From contig DASQNN010000020.1 in assembly GCA_035644955.1 (NCBI GenBank), positions 1 through 44,468 of the forward strand: a stretch of 44,468 nucleotides of DNA. The letters are read 5' to 3'. Below, in pieces: positions 28,429 to 37,986 of this stretch. Within the stretch, counting starts at the first letter, position 1; every line of letters starts with the position of its first letter. A model generated the notes under the pieces. The model worked only from the letters and a program-made list of their open reading frames with translations. It made no database searches and was not told the origin of the DNA. The DNA is from Nodosilinea sp. GTDB taxonomy: Bacteria > Cyanobacteriota > Cyanobacteriia > Phormidesmidales > Phormidesmidaceae. The position numbers and the translations under genes are program-made.

Positions 28429-29616
28429 TTAAACAGGAGCCGACCAGGGTCGCTGCTGCAGGGCTGTCTGCACCGCCTGCCGCTGATCGCGGTGGGTAAT
28501 CCAGCGGTGGTAGGTGCGGTTGTGAATGGCTACCGAATGGCCCATCATGCGGGCGGCCACCGTGTCGGGCAGGCCAAAGTGAATGGTGCGCACAGCCCAG
28601 GCGTGGCGCAGATCGTAGGGCGAAAAGGGCACTCCGTAGCGCTTAAACTGAATCGCTACCTGCTGGCCAATGCGCTGTAGCGTGGTGGTGCTCAAATCGG
28701 TGTTAATAGGCGGCAGGGCCCCCTCCCCTAAACCAAAACGAGCGACCCATTCCGGGTAAAAGGGCCATACGTCGTGGAGGCCGGTCTTGGTGGTTTCGAG
28801 TACGGTAATGCGGCCCTCGGGATCACCCCGCCGTAGCCCCTGATAGTCGCAAAAAAACACCTCGTGGTTGCGCAGGCCGTAGGTGGCCATCACGCCGTAC
28901 ACGTAGCGCCAGGCCGGGTTGGGAATGCGATCGCACCACTCGACAATGATCTCGTCAGAGGGCAACAGCCGTCGCTGGGCCTTGCTGCTGCCATACTGGC
29001 CCGCCAGCTGGTCGATGCTCTCGGGCAGCACTACCCCCCGAAACTCAGCAAAGGCTTTGAAGGCGGTGCAGGCCACCTGGCGGCTGCGCGAGTGGGGCGG
29101 CAGAGACTCTAAGGTAGCGACAATGGTGGCGTCCAGGGGCTGCCGGGGCTGTTGTTCTGCCTGGGCCAGCAGCTTCTTCAGGTAGGGGGCATAGGCCTTT
29201 TCCCAGGTGGTTTTACGCGAGGCCAAGGCAGCGGCACCGGGGCCAGAGCGAGCCAGCACGTCCGCCTCAAATTGAGCAATGCACTCGGCCAGGGGCAGAC
29301 TTTCGGGCTGGGCCGCTTCGGTCTGGGGGAGATAGTCAGCCCAGCTAAACCGCCGCTCAATCAACTGGGCGGCAATAACTTTGGCCTCGCGCTCGATCTG
29401 CTTTAACCCCGCCGGGGTAGCGGGCAGCTTGAGGGGAATGCGCTGCTGGTAGGGCCGGGTTTTAGGGCTGTCGGGGCGGGGGGGCAGGGTGCCCCGCAGG
29501 TTGAGGCGATCGCCCCGGCGCTCCACCTGTAGGCCCAGGCGGGCCGCCTTCAGGCGAGTGTTGAGCGTTGCGATCGCGGTATCTATTGCAGTATCAAAGG
29601 GGGCAGAGGCAGCCAT
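28429..29616 (-). CDS. Tyrosine recombinase / site-specific integrase (cyanobacterial type)
   Basis: Catalytic set YGLRNHE (R), TKTG (K), YDLRHAW (H/Y-x-x-R), MGHS and HNRTY (Y). N-terminus LNLRGTLPPRP. Confidence 0.92.
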   Translation of the reverse strand: MAASAPFDTAIDTAIATLNTRLKAARLGLQVERRGDRLNLRGTLPPRPDSPKTRPYQQRIPLKLPATPAGLKQIEREAKVIAAQLIERRFSWADYLPQTEAAQPESLPLAECIAQFEADVLARSGPGAAALASRKTTWEKAYAPYLKKLLAQAEQQPRQPLDATIVATLESLPPHSRSRQVACTAFKAFAEFRGVVLPESIDQLAGQYGSSKAQRRLLPSDEIIVEWCDRIPNPAWRYVYGVMATYGLRNHEVFFCDYQGLRRGDPEGRITVLETTKTGLHDVWPFYPEWVARFGLGEGALPPINTDLSTTTLQRIGQQVAIQFKRYGVPFSPYDLRHAWAVRTIHFGLPDTVAARMMGHSVAIHNRTYHRWITHRDQRQAVQTALQQRPWSAPV

Positions 29617-29694
29617 CAGCGTCGGAAACCGTTCATCCAGCTTGTAGAATAAACTGTGAGATATGAGTACCTACTTTAGAACCACTACAGTGCT

Positions 29695-30858
29695 ATGGGT
29701 CGTGTCGGGGTCTTATTGCTAAATCTAGGGGGGCCAGAACAGCTCGACGATGTTCGCCCCTTCTTGTTTAACCTGTTTGCCGATCCAGAAATTATTCGTC
29801 TGCCCTTTCCCTGGTTGCAGCGGCCCCTGGCCTGGTTAATTTCAAGCTCACGCGCTAAGCAGTCCCAAGAAAACTACCAGCAGATTGGCGGTGGGTCGCC
29901 CCTGCGCCGCATCACCGAAGAGCAGGGCGAGGCCCTCAAGCGGGTGCTGGCCGACCAGGGCACCGAGGCCAATATCTACATTGGCATGCGCTACTGGTAC
30001 CCCTTCACCGAAGAGGCCGTGGCCCAGATCAAGCGCGACGGCATCGAAAAGCTGGTGGTGCTGCCCCTCTACCCGCAGTTTTCGATCAGCACGAGCGGCT
30101 CTAGCTTTCGGCTGCTAGAGCGCCTCTGGCTCGAAGACCCCGCGCTCCAGCGCATTGTCTACACCGCCGTGCCCTCCTGGTACGATCGCCCCGGCTACAC
30201 CGAGGCCATGGCCGATCTGATTACCCAAGAGCTCGACAAGCTAGAGAATCCCGATCAGGCCCACATTTTCTTTAGCGCCCACGGCGTGCCCGTTAGCTAC
30301 GTCGAAGAGGCCGGCGACCCCTACCAGCGCGAAATTGAGCACTGCACCGAGCTGATCATGCGATCGCTCAACCGCCCCAACCCCCACACCCTGGCCTATC
30401 AGAGCCGGGTGGGGCCGGTGGAGTGGCTGCAGCCTTACACCGAAGATGCGATCGAGCAGCTGGCCCAGCAGGGGGTCAAAGACCTGGTGGTGGTGCCCAT
30501 CAGCTTTGTCTCCGAGCACATCGAAACCCTGCAAGAAATTGACATGGAGTACCGGGAGATTGCCCACAAGGCCGGGATTTCAGGCTTTCATCGGGTGCCC
30601 GCCCTCAACACCCACCCCCGCTTCATTACCGACATGGCCGATATGGTCACCGAAGCGCTGGCCGCCCCCCGCCAGCTCTTTTCTGACGTGGTGCAGCCCG
30701 ACAAAAAGGTCAAGATCTATCCCCAGGAGCGATCGGCCTGGGGCCTTACCCCCGTCGCCGAGGTGTGGAACGGGCGGCTGGCCATGGTGGGCTTTTTAGC
30801 CCTCCTGCTAGAGTTGGTCAGCGGTCGCGGTCCGCTGCACTTTGTGGGCATTCTCTAG
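29695..30858 (+). CDS. hemH: Ferrochelatase with C-terminal CAB/HliP-like helix
   Basis: [49 protein letters not shown] and [14 protein letters not shown]-terminal EVWNGRLAM. Confidence 0.98.
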   Translation: MGRVGVLLLNLGGPEQLDDVRPFLFNLFADPEIIRLPFPWLQRPLAWLISSSRAKQSQENYQQIGGGSPLRRITEEQGEALKRVLADQGTEANIYIGMRYWYPFTEEAVAQIKRDGIEKLVVLPLYPQFSISTSGSSFRLLERLWLEDPALQRIVYTAVPSWYDRPGYTEAMADLITQELDKLENPDQAHIFFSAHGVPVSYVEEAGDPYQREIEHCTELIMRSLNRPNPHTLAYQSRVGPVEWLQPYTEDAIEQLAQQGVKDLVVVPISFVSEHIETLQEIDMEYREIAHKAGISGFHRVPALNTHPRFITDMADMVTEALAAPRQLFSDVVQPDKKVKIYPQERSAWGLTPVAEVWNGRLAMVGFLALLLELVSGRGPLHFVGIL

Positions 30859-30876
30859 GTCCATCCTTAAAGCTCC

Positions 30877-31440
30877 TTAGAGCTTAGGCTTTGAGCGCCG
30901 GGGCCAGCGTTGCCACAGGTGCGAAGTGCGAATGACCAGCCACAGCAGCAGCAGCGCAATGATGCCTCCCTGGTTGGGGGCATCAAAGGCCAGCACCGCC
31001 AGCACAATGCACAGCCCGTCAACCACAAAGAACAGCCACAGGGGCGGACGGCGGGGACGATAGAACCAGCCCACCTGCAGCAGCTGAATCACCAGAGCCA
31101 GCAGGGCGCTGATCACGCCTATCAATGGATTGAGCCAGCCGTCTAGGCCAAAGGTTCTGCCTACGGCCAGGCCCGCCAGAGCACCGACCCCAGGGCTAAG
31201 CACCAGCTCCAAAATTTGAAAAAAGCGCTGGCTGTAGCGATTCTTCGACAGCATCAGCTCGGCCATTGACCAGCTGGCCAGCACCCCCAGCACCAGGGCC
31301 GGGGGCAGGCGCGCCAGCAGCGGCACGTTGGCCCACAGCCGGGGGCCAGACATCAGGCCAATCAGCAGCAGGGGTAGCGCCAGCCGCAGCCCCGTTGCCG
31401 CCGCGATCGACAAAATGGCCAGTAGTTCTGTAATTATCAC
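30877..31440 (-). CDS. DUF4126-like integral membrane protein
   Basis: LAILSIAAATGLRLALPLLLIG followed by several TM helices. GTG start about 20 nt after the hrcA stop. Confidence 0.75.
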   Translation of the reverse strand: MIITELLAILSIAAATGLRLALPLLLIGLMSGPRLWANVPLLARLPPALVLGVLASWSMAELMLSKNRYSQRFFQILELVLSPGVGALAGLAVGRTFGLDGWLNPLIGVISALLALVIQLLQVGWFYRPRRPPLWLFFVVDGLCIVLAVLAFDAPNQGGIIALLLLWLVIRTSHLWQRWPRRSKPKL

Positions 31441-31460
31441 GGTTCCACCCAGGGGCAACC

Positions 31461-32552
31461 CTAGTCGCTGAGGGCGGTGGACAGGTAATCGGCGGCCGAT
31501 TTAACCACGGCCACGGCATTTTCGTAAACCATCCGGGTTGGGCCCAGCACCCCAACACTGCCTACGGAGGTATCGTAGCGGGTGTAGTTAGACACAACCA
31601 AGGCACAACCCTGCATCGGTTCTAGGGGGTTTTCAGCCCCAATCCAAACCTTGACGTCTACCCCGTTGAGGGTTTGGCTAGCCACCGGCGGGCTGTCAAA
31701 AAACAGCGGCCACAGCTGCGACTGGTCCTCTTCCAGCAGCCGCACGATCGACTTAATGCGCTGGGCATCGGAAAATTCGGGCTGGCGCAGCACCTCCGAC
31801 AGGCCGCTAATTACCAGCTGGGGGGTTTCGGTCACCTGCGATCGCTGGGCCAGATCGCCCAATGCCTGGCAGAGCAGTGCTCCATAGTGCTGAAACTCAG
31901 CGTCGAGACCGCCCCAGTTGAGGCTGGCCACATCGGCCAGAGGTCGGCCCCGCAGGTGGTGGGTCAAAAAGTTGGACAGAATTTCTAAATGGCGGCCCAG
32001 TTCCTCGGTCGCCTGGGCTGCACCTCCCAGCATCGCCGGCAGCTGCACCACCACCGACTGGGTCGCCAGCGAATCGAGCAGCACCACCATGAGCACCTGG
32101 CCACCGTCTACCGCCACCAGCTGAATGTGGCGAATGATCGCGGCGCTGGACTGGGGCACGGTAATGAGCGCTAAGTAGCCGCTGATCTGAGCCAAAATCT
32201 GCGTCGTCGACCTCAGCAGCGACTCCAGGCTGCGCCCGACCCAGTCCAGCTCTTCGGCGAGGGCCGCATCGACCCGCCGCCTGACCCGAACCGACGGCGA
32301 CATGAGCCGATCGACGTAGAGCCGATAGCCAAAGTCTGAGGGCACCCGCCCCGCCGAGGTGTGGGGCTGATAGAGCAGCCCATATTTCTCCAGCAGGCCC
32401 ATGGTGTTGCGCACCGTCGCCGGGCTCACCTTCAGGTCGTACTCCTGGGCTAGGGCCCGCGACCCTACCGGCTCTGCCGTGGCGATGTAGTGGCGAATGG
32501 TTGCCTGTAGCACCTGCTCGTGGCGAGCACTCAGGGGAAGGGCAGAGTCCAT
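31461..32552 (-). CDS. hrcA: Heat-inducible transcription repressor HrcA
   Basis: YIATAEPVGS, SPATVRN.M..LE..G.L.QPHTSAGRVPSD.GYR.YVD, IGAEN and GVLGPTRM.Y. Confidence 0.97.
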   Translation of the reverse strand: MDSALPLSARHEQVLQATIRHYIATAEPVGSRALAQEYDLKVSPATVRNTMGLLEKYGLLYQPHTSAGRVPSDFGYRLYVDRLMSPSVRVRRRVDAALAEELDWVGRSLESLLRSTTQILAQISGYLALITVPQSSAAIIRHIQLVAVDGGQVLMVVLLDSLATQSVVVQLPAMLGGAAQATEELGRHLEILSNFLTHHLRGRPLADVASLNWGGLDAEFQHYGALLCQALGDLAQRSQVTETPQLVISGLSEVLRQPEFSDAQRIKSIVRLLEEDQSQLWPLFFDSPPVASQTLNGVDVKVWIGAENPLEPMQGCALVVSNYTRYDTSVGSVGVLGPTRMVYENAVAVVKSAADYLSTALSD

Positions 32553-32738
32553 AGGGGGTTGGTATAAAACTCAACTACGGCTTTGCCCTAACCATAACAG
32601 ATGTTCTCTGGCGTTCGGCATCTGGTGGCCCAGGGACAGCGGAATCTTTGCCTAGGGAAGTTTGACCGAGAAATTTAGCCAGGCAAGCCAGTGACGTGCG
32701 GCTTTATATCCTCGCCATAGCCTCGCCCTGCTGCCGAG

Positions 32739-33224
32739 CTACAGGTCTTTGCTCTGGCTAAAGAACTCACCCACCTTGAAGCTGGTAGTGTTTTCGAGCT
32801 GGCTGATCACCGATCGCGTAATCAGCTTGCTCTGCTCTACCAGCACCTCCCCGGTGATTGGGTGCAGCAGGTCTTGGTCGGCACGACGGCCGATCAGCGC
32901 CTCGATGTCTTGCAGTGAGTTGACGTACATCCCCGGCGGCAGCTCGACCACCACTCCGTTGGATACCACCCGGGCCTGACAAGCCAGTCGCGAGTTGGGC
33001 TTACAGGAAGTAATCACCTCCAGGGTGCGCTGCTCACGGCGGTTGATGGGGGTCAGCGCCTCCATTCCCGACTGTACATAAATATGGCAGGTGGCGCACA
33101 TGCCCCGGCCACCGCACTCTTTCAGCACGTCGAGGTCTTTGTTTAGCAGTACCGAAAGCAGGTTGCCGTTGGTCTCAACGGAGGTTTCTTGGGCAATGGG
33201 CTCTAGGCGAACAGTTTTAGCCAT
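32739..33224 (-). CDS. 2Fe-2S ferredoxin (adrenodoxin-type motif) with C-terminal extension
   Basis: ECGGRGMCATCH...SRLACQ. C-terminal extension IGRRADQDLLHPITGEVLVEQSKLITRS. ATG at 33224. Confidence 0.9.
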   Translation of the reverse strand: MAKTVRLEPIAQETSVETNGNLLSVLLNKDLDVLKECGGRGMCATCHIYVQSGMEALTPINRREQRTLEVITSCKPNSRLACQARVVSNGVVVELPPGMYVNSLQDIEALIGRRADQDLLHPITGEVLVEQSKLITRSVISQLENTTSFKVGEFFSQSKDL

Positions 33225-33314
33225 GGGTACAACGGGGTTTAAGAGAATAGAGTAGATAGCCGGGCGATAACCTGAGGCAGCCACGGTGGGGGAAACCCCT
33301 TAATCGCGATCGCC

Positions 33315-34115
33315 CTAGCCGCCCTGGGGGGGCAGGGTATCGAGCAAAAGCGCCTGCTCCTGGGGTGTCAGCGCCTGGCCAATAACCAGGGTTTGAAAAT
33401 TGCGGATGGTTCTGCCACCGCGTCCCAAAAAGGCCGCCACCCAGTCTTTAACCCACTGGCATTGTTCCGCCGTCAGCGGGGTTTGGCTCTGGGCCGCAAC
33501 GGCAAAGTGGCCGTCTTTTTGCACTTCAAACTGCTCCAGCCAGGCATGGGCCGGACGCGACTGCTTCCAGGTGTTGATAACGATGGTTTTACCCAGGTAC
33601 TGGGTAGCGCCATCACTGAGGTGGTTGAGGGCCGCAATGACCTCCTGGTAGCCTGGAGCTAGGGTACCCTGTTCGGGGTCCGCTGACTCAGGCGGCGGCA
33701 TGTTAGCGAGCAGATCGGGGGCGATCGCGGTGCTGCCCATGGTAACGCAGCCCGCCAGCAGCCGGAAGGTTGGCACCGCATTGTGGGGAGCCTCGATCAG
33801 GGTGGCCTTGAGCTGGTCAATGGCGGTGCGGTAGTCGGCAAGCGACATCTGGTCTGTCATTAGAACCAGCAGAATCAGCCCCTGATCGAGCTTGTAGATA
33901 TGGGCGAGCTGATTGGCAAAGCGAAAGGAAAAGGCGTCGAACTGGGCGGGAGTGGTTTCGATCACCTGCTGAATACCCTGGGCTAGGGCATCCTGCTGCT
34001 GGGAGTTGAGGCTGATGTCGGGCCCAAAGAAGAAGGGGCGGTTGCGTCCATCAATGAGCGCCATCCCAGAGATGCCGGGTAAGTTTAGGACATTCTGGAT
34101 CACCTGACGTTTCAT
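33315..34115 (-). CDS. Hypothetical protein with a Roadblock/LC7-like N-terminal domain
   Basis: MKRQVIQNVLNLPGISGMALIDGR resembles the LxxxPGxxGxxLxD roadblock pattern. Second domain YLGKTIVINTWKQSRP...WVxxF. Confidence 0.7.
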   Translation of the reverse strand: MKRQVIQNVLNLPGISGMALIDGRNRPFFFGPDISLNSQQQDALAQGIQQVIETTPAQFDAFSFRFANQLAHIYKLDQGLILLVLMTDQMSLADYRTAIDQLKATLIEAPHNAVPTFRLLAGCVTMGSTAIAPDLLANMPPPESADPEQGTLAPGYQEVIAALNHLSDGATQYLGKTIVINTWKQSRPAHAWLEQFEVQKDGHFAVAAQSQTPLTAEQCQWVKDWVAAFLGRGGRTIRNFQTLVIGQALTPQEQALLLDTLPPQGG

Positions 34116-34228
34116 AAATCCTTTGGGGTCTCGCTCTAAATTTTGTTGTCGAGTGTCCTGAACCAAGTAATCTAGGGATGGCAGACTTAATTCGACAATA
34201 GGCTTGAGGCCAAAAGTCTATCCAGGGT

Positions 34229-34256
34229 TGTTGCGGCGACATCTGTTGCGATGACA
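34229..34256. promoter_or_regulatory. Tandem T-N11-A (TGT-N7-ACA) boxes, candidate LysR binding sites
   Basis: TGTTGCGGCGACA (34229-34241) and TGTTGCGATGACA (34244-34256) in the divergent promoter region upstream of rbcR. Confidence 0.45.
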
Positions 34257-34328
34257 GCCAGGGGCTGGCCTGCATTACGCTATGGTTTGTTGGCCTCCCA
34301 GGATTATCGTACGTTAGGGTTACTGCCC

Positions 34329-35351
34329 ATGTCTGACCTTCCTTTTACCCTCGACCAACTGCGCATTCTCAAGGCCATTGCAGCGGAGGGCAGTTTTAAA
34401 CGAGCGGCAGACAGTCTCTATGTCTCTCAGCCAGCGGTCAGCCTGCAGGTGCAAAACCTGGAGCGCCAGCTAGATGTACCGCTGTTTGACCGGGGCGGAC
34501 GACGGGCACAGCTCACCGAAGCGGGGCATTTGCTGTTGAGCTATGGCGATCGCATTCTCAGCTTATGCCAAGAAACCTGTCGCGCCATCGAAGATCTTCA
34601 AAATTTGCAGGGCGGCACCCTAATTATTGGGGCTAGCCAGACCACCGGCACCTACCTGCTGCCCCGCATGATTGGCCTCTTTCGGCAAAAGTACGCCGAT
34701 GTGGCCGTGCAGCTGCATGTGCACTCTACTCGCCGCACCGCCTGGAGTGTGGCCAATGGCCAGGTTGACCTGGCGATTATTGGTGGCGAACTTCCTCCCG
34801 AACTACAGGACTCTTTAGAAAGGGTGCCCTACGCCGAAGATGAACTCGCACTGATTATGCCGATGTATCACCCCTTGGCCAGCCAGGCGGTGATTCAGCG
34901 CGAAGACCTCTACAAGCTGCACTTTATTGCCCTCGACTCGCAGTCGACCATTCGCAAGGTTATTGACCAGGTGCTTACCCGCTGCGGTATCGAGACCCGC
35001 CGCCTCAAAATCGAAATGGAGCTCAACTCCATTGAGGCGATCAAAACCGCCGTGCAGTCGGGGCTAGGGGTAGCTTTTGTCTCTAATTCCGCGATCGAAA
35101 AAGAGCTGCAGATGGGCGTGCTGCATCGGGCCAAAATTGACTCGGTGGTGGTCAACCGCACCCTGTCGGTCATTTTTAACCCCAACCGCTACCGCTCCAA
35201 GGCCGCCGCCGCCTTTACCACCGAAATTTTGCCGCAGTTTACCAACCTGCCTCTCAACTTCAAGCCCGTCGGCACCGAAAAAAATGGAGCCGGGAAAAAC
35301 GGGTCCAAGCCCGCCTCCCCGCCACCAGAGCCGCTGTACCCCACCCCCTAG
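34329..35351 (+). CDS. rbcR: LysR-family regulator RbcR/Ycf30
   Basis: Signature start [40 protein letters not shown], plus [25 protein letters not shown] and NPNRYRSKA. Confidence 0.93.
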   Translation: MSDLPFTLDQLRILKAIAAEGSFKRAADSLYVSQPAVSLQVQNLERQLDVPLFDRGGRRAQLTEAGHLLLSYGDRILSLCQETCRAIEDLQNLQGGTLIIGASQTTGTYLLPRMIGLFRQKYADVAVQLHVHSTRRTAWSVANGQVDLAIIGGELPPELQDSLERVPYAEDELALIMPMYHPLASQAVIQREDLYKLHFIALDSQSTIRKVIDQVLTRCGIETRRLKIEMELNSIEAIKTAVQSGLGVAFVSNSAIEKELQMGVLHRAKIDSVVVNRTLSVIFNPNRYRSKAAAAFTTEILPQFTNLPLNFKPVGTEKNGAGKNGSKPASPPPEPLYPTP

Positions 35352-36097
35352 CCGAGGGCTTCACGGGTGGTAATTTGGTCGCTGGGGATAGCGATCAGTC
35401 CGTCTTTATAGATATGAATGAGCTTGCGCTGGCGCAGTTTGCCCATCAGGCGCGTCACGGTGACACGGGTAGAGCCAATGGCGCTGCCAATTTGGGCGTG
35501 GGTGAGCGTCCAGGGCAAGTAGTAGCCCGACTCGCAGGGTTCGCCAAATTCTTCAATCAGCAGGGTCAAGAACCCCAGCAGGCGATCGATGGTGCGGCGC
35601 TGGCCCAGGGTGCTCAGCCACAGCAGCTTGCGCTGGTGCTGGTAGCGAAAGGCATCGAGCACCTCGCGGCGAAAGTGGGGCCAGTTGTCGAGATCACTCC
35701 AGTAGAGCCAGAGAACGGTGGTTTGATCGACGTGGGCAAAGCTCTGCAGCAAAAAGGGCGATTGAGCCACAATTTCAAAGGGCTGCCCTGCCCCCACAAA
35801 CCCCAAAAAGGCCTCTTCGCTCAACCCCATGGCCAGGGAGGTCGAGCCCTCGTCGTCGGTGGCATCGTCCTCTATGTCGGAGGTGGAGTCGCGGGTAGCC
35901 AGATCGGGGGTGGCCCCCTGGGCAGTGCCTACCAGCCGCACCGAACCGCGTTCTACCAGATACAGCAGCCCAGAACGGGTGGGAATGCGCTCATCTTTGT
36001 TAAAGGTTCTGGCCCGGTAGTGGGCATGGGCCCAATCGGTAATGCGCTGCCAGGTCAAGAAGGGTCGGGCATGATCGGGGCGGGAGGATGATTGCAT
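35348..36097 (-). CDS. devH: Crp/Fnr-family regulator, DevH orthologue
   Basis: [47 protein letters not shown] and [25 protein letters not shown] match DevH as I recall it. Confidence 0.85.
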   Translation of the reverse strand: MQSSSRPDHARPFLTWQRITDWAHAHYRARTFNKDERIPTRSGLLYLVERGSVRLVGTAQGATPDLATRDSTSDIEDDATDDEGSTSLAMGLSEEAFLGFVGAGQPFEIVAQSPFLLQSFAHVDQTTVLWLYWSDLDNWPHFRREVLDAFRYQHQRKLLWLSTLGQRRTIDRLLGFLTLLIEEFGEPCESGYYLPWTLTHAQIGSAIGSTRVTVTRLMGKLRQRKLIHIYKDGLIAIPSDQITTREALG

Positions 36098-37046
36098 AGC
36101 GACAGCGGGGTTAGACGGCACAGACCGTGACCATGGGGCAGAAGGCTAGAGGAGGGTGCGATCGCGCAAACTAGCAAGACATCAGTCAAAATTAGCCGCG
36201 TGAACTGGGTCGATGTACCCCTCCCTAGGGCTAAAGGCAGGGCGGCAGCCGTGGTTGGCTTGCCCGTTGCTAGCTGATTAGCCTCAAATATAGACACCCT
36301 CGTTGACCAAAGAAGGCCTTGCTGAAACCGATTTTTAGGAACGTTGCGATCGTAAAGTTTACGTAAACTATCCAATACTAATACAGAGATCCCGTATTTT
36401 CCCGTAGTGCTCTCGCCGAACTGAGGACTTTTGCGGATCCTGTAGGCTGACATATCATACCGAGTCAGTGGTTAGGGGTTTGCTAGCTACCGGTTTAGTC
36501 GTCAACATTAGTCGTCAACAGTTCAATGGTCACCAGGGGTTTAGGTCAGCCTAATTCCCTGGCTGAGCACCTCGGTGAAATCAGTTTAGCCCTGGCCTCA
36601 CCAGGGGCAAACTCCCATAAGAAATCCTGTTCATTCAAACCAGCTTTTGGGGGTGACATTCCCTCAGGCTGCCCCTATAATTCAAATGTGTGAGGAGCGA
36701 ACCAGAAGAGATGCCGAGACGAAACACGGCCAGTCGTCGGCATCTCTTTTGTTTTGTAGCTAGATTCAACCAAGTTTCTAGACCTGGCCATCGCCGGTTC
36801 AGCCGAGACCAGGGCCAAGATCTAAACGTTCAAACGTCTGAACATTTTGAGAGATTTCCGAGGTCTCAACCAAAGTTTTTACAGCTATAACTTCTGTGGG
36901 CTGGGTTATTCCACTTCAAACCTGCCGGCATGAAAGTTTTACAGAAACCAAGTCGAGGGTCTGTTTTAAAGTTCCCCTGAAGCCTTGATTTTGTGTAGGA
37001 AGCAATCAGGGTTTGACCGACCTTTAAAACATGCCTCACCCTGCCG

Positions 37047-37946
37047 TTAGGTCAAAGCTCCTGCACAGGAACTGTTTAAAAGCTCCTGTAGCACCTTAGC
37101 CACCACCTGGGGCTGCTCGACCATTGCCAGGTGGCCACAGTTTTCAATTTCAACAACTGGGGAATGCCCCTGGCCCGCCACGGGCCGATAGCTCGCCAGG
37201 TGGTGCACGTAGCACAAATTCATCACCTGGTCCTGGCGACCGGCCAGGAAGTACACCGGCTGGGTCAGGGCGGCCACTAGCCTGGGCAGCAGGTGTACCT
37301 CAGCCTCGGTGGTCGATTCTAGCAAAGTGCCCAGAGCCGCATCGGCGTCGGCCTGGAGTAGGTCAAGGCAGCGATCGCGCCCCCAGCAGTAATCCAAAGG
37401 CCGATGCACCATCATACGAGTCAGCAGCAGCGGCAGCAGGGTATAGCGCAGCCAGGACCGTCGCCAGCCCACAATGGATTGCCCCGCCTGACGAAACCGC
37501 TGAAACTCCCGCTCTAGATAAATACCGCCACCAGCGTTGAGGCACACCACCCCTCGCACCAGCTGAGGATAGCAGTGAGCCATCCACAGAGCCACGCTAC
37601 CCCCTAGCGAGTGACCCACCAACCACACCGGGCCGAGGTCAAGCTGCTCTAGCAGCGCCGCCAAATCGCGAGCGTAGGCCCCTAGGCCGTAGGGCGAGGC
37701 CGAAGATCCCAGGGCCGTAGCCGCAGCAGGCACCCCCGGCTCAAACTGGTCAAGCCCATAGCGCGACTCGCCAAACCCCCGCAGATCATAGGCTAGACAG
37801 GTATGGCTAGGAGCCAGCTGATCGATCACAGGTTGCCAGTACTTGTGACTCAGCAGCCAGCCGTGGATAAAGACCAGGGGAGAACTTCCCCTAGCTGCCG
37901 TAAGCTCGTAGTAGTGGGGTACACCAAAAACTGTAGTAGTGGCCAT
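37047..37946 (-). CDS. Alpha/beta-fold hydrolase
   Basis: VFIHGW, YDLRGFGES, nucleophile elbow GHSLGG, GRQD and CGHLAMVEQP. Confidence 0.92.
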   Translation of the reverse strand: MATTTVFGVPHYYELTAARGSSPLVFIHGWLLSHKYWQPVIDQLAPSHTCLAYDLRGFGESRYGLDQFEPGVPAAATALGSSASPYGLGAYARDLAALLEQLDLGPVWLVGHSLGGSVALWMAHCYPQLVRGVVCLNAGGGIYLEREFQRFRQAGQSIVGWRRSWLRYTLLPLLLTRMMVHRPLDYCWGRDRCLDLLQADADAALGTLLESTTEAEVHLLPRLVAALTQPVYFLAGRQDQVMNLCYVHHLASYRPVAGQGHSPVVEIENCGHLAMVEQPQVVAKVLQELLNSSCAGALT

Positions 37947-37986
37947 AGGCCGAGGGCCTCTTAGGCCGGTCTTTGACCATCGTACC

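Noticed and set aside
29695..30858. CAB-domain fusion on ferrochelatase as a novelty
   Set aside because: This is a well-established feature of cyanobacterial and plastid FC2-type ferrochelatases.
32524..32552. Possible CIRCE element at the hrcA start (GAGCACTC...)
   Set aside because: Only one half-site resembles TTAGCACTC. There is no GAGTGCTAA 9 nt away, and it lies within the coding sequence.
35375..36091. Long antisense or alternate-frame ORFs (this 238-aa one; also 13136-13807, 31897-32574, 15946-16569 and others)
   Set aside because: They overlap well-supported genes and are the expected shadow ORFs of GC-rich DNA.
36394..36455. NtcA boxes upstream of devH (GTA-N8-TAG at 36394, GTA-N8-TAT at 36442)
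   Set aside because: Both are imperfect and I could not place a convincing, correctly spaced -10 box. Such matches arise by chance.
36690..36890. 66-aa ORF in the devH upstream region
   Set aside because: No recognisable motif, atypical codon usage and no clear RBS. It cannot be supported without Ribo-seq or homology.
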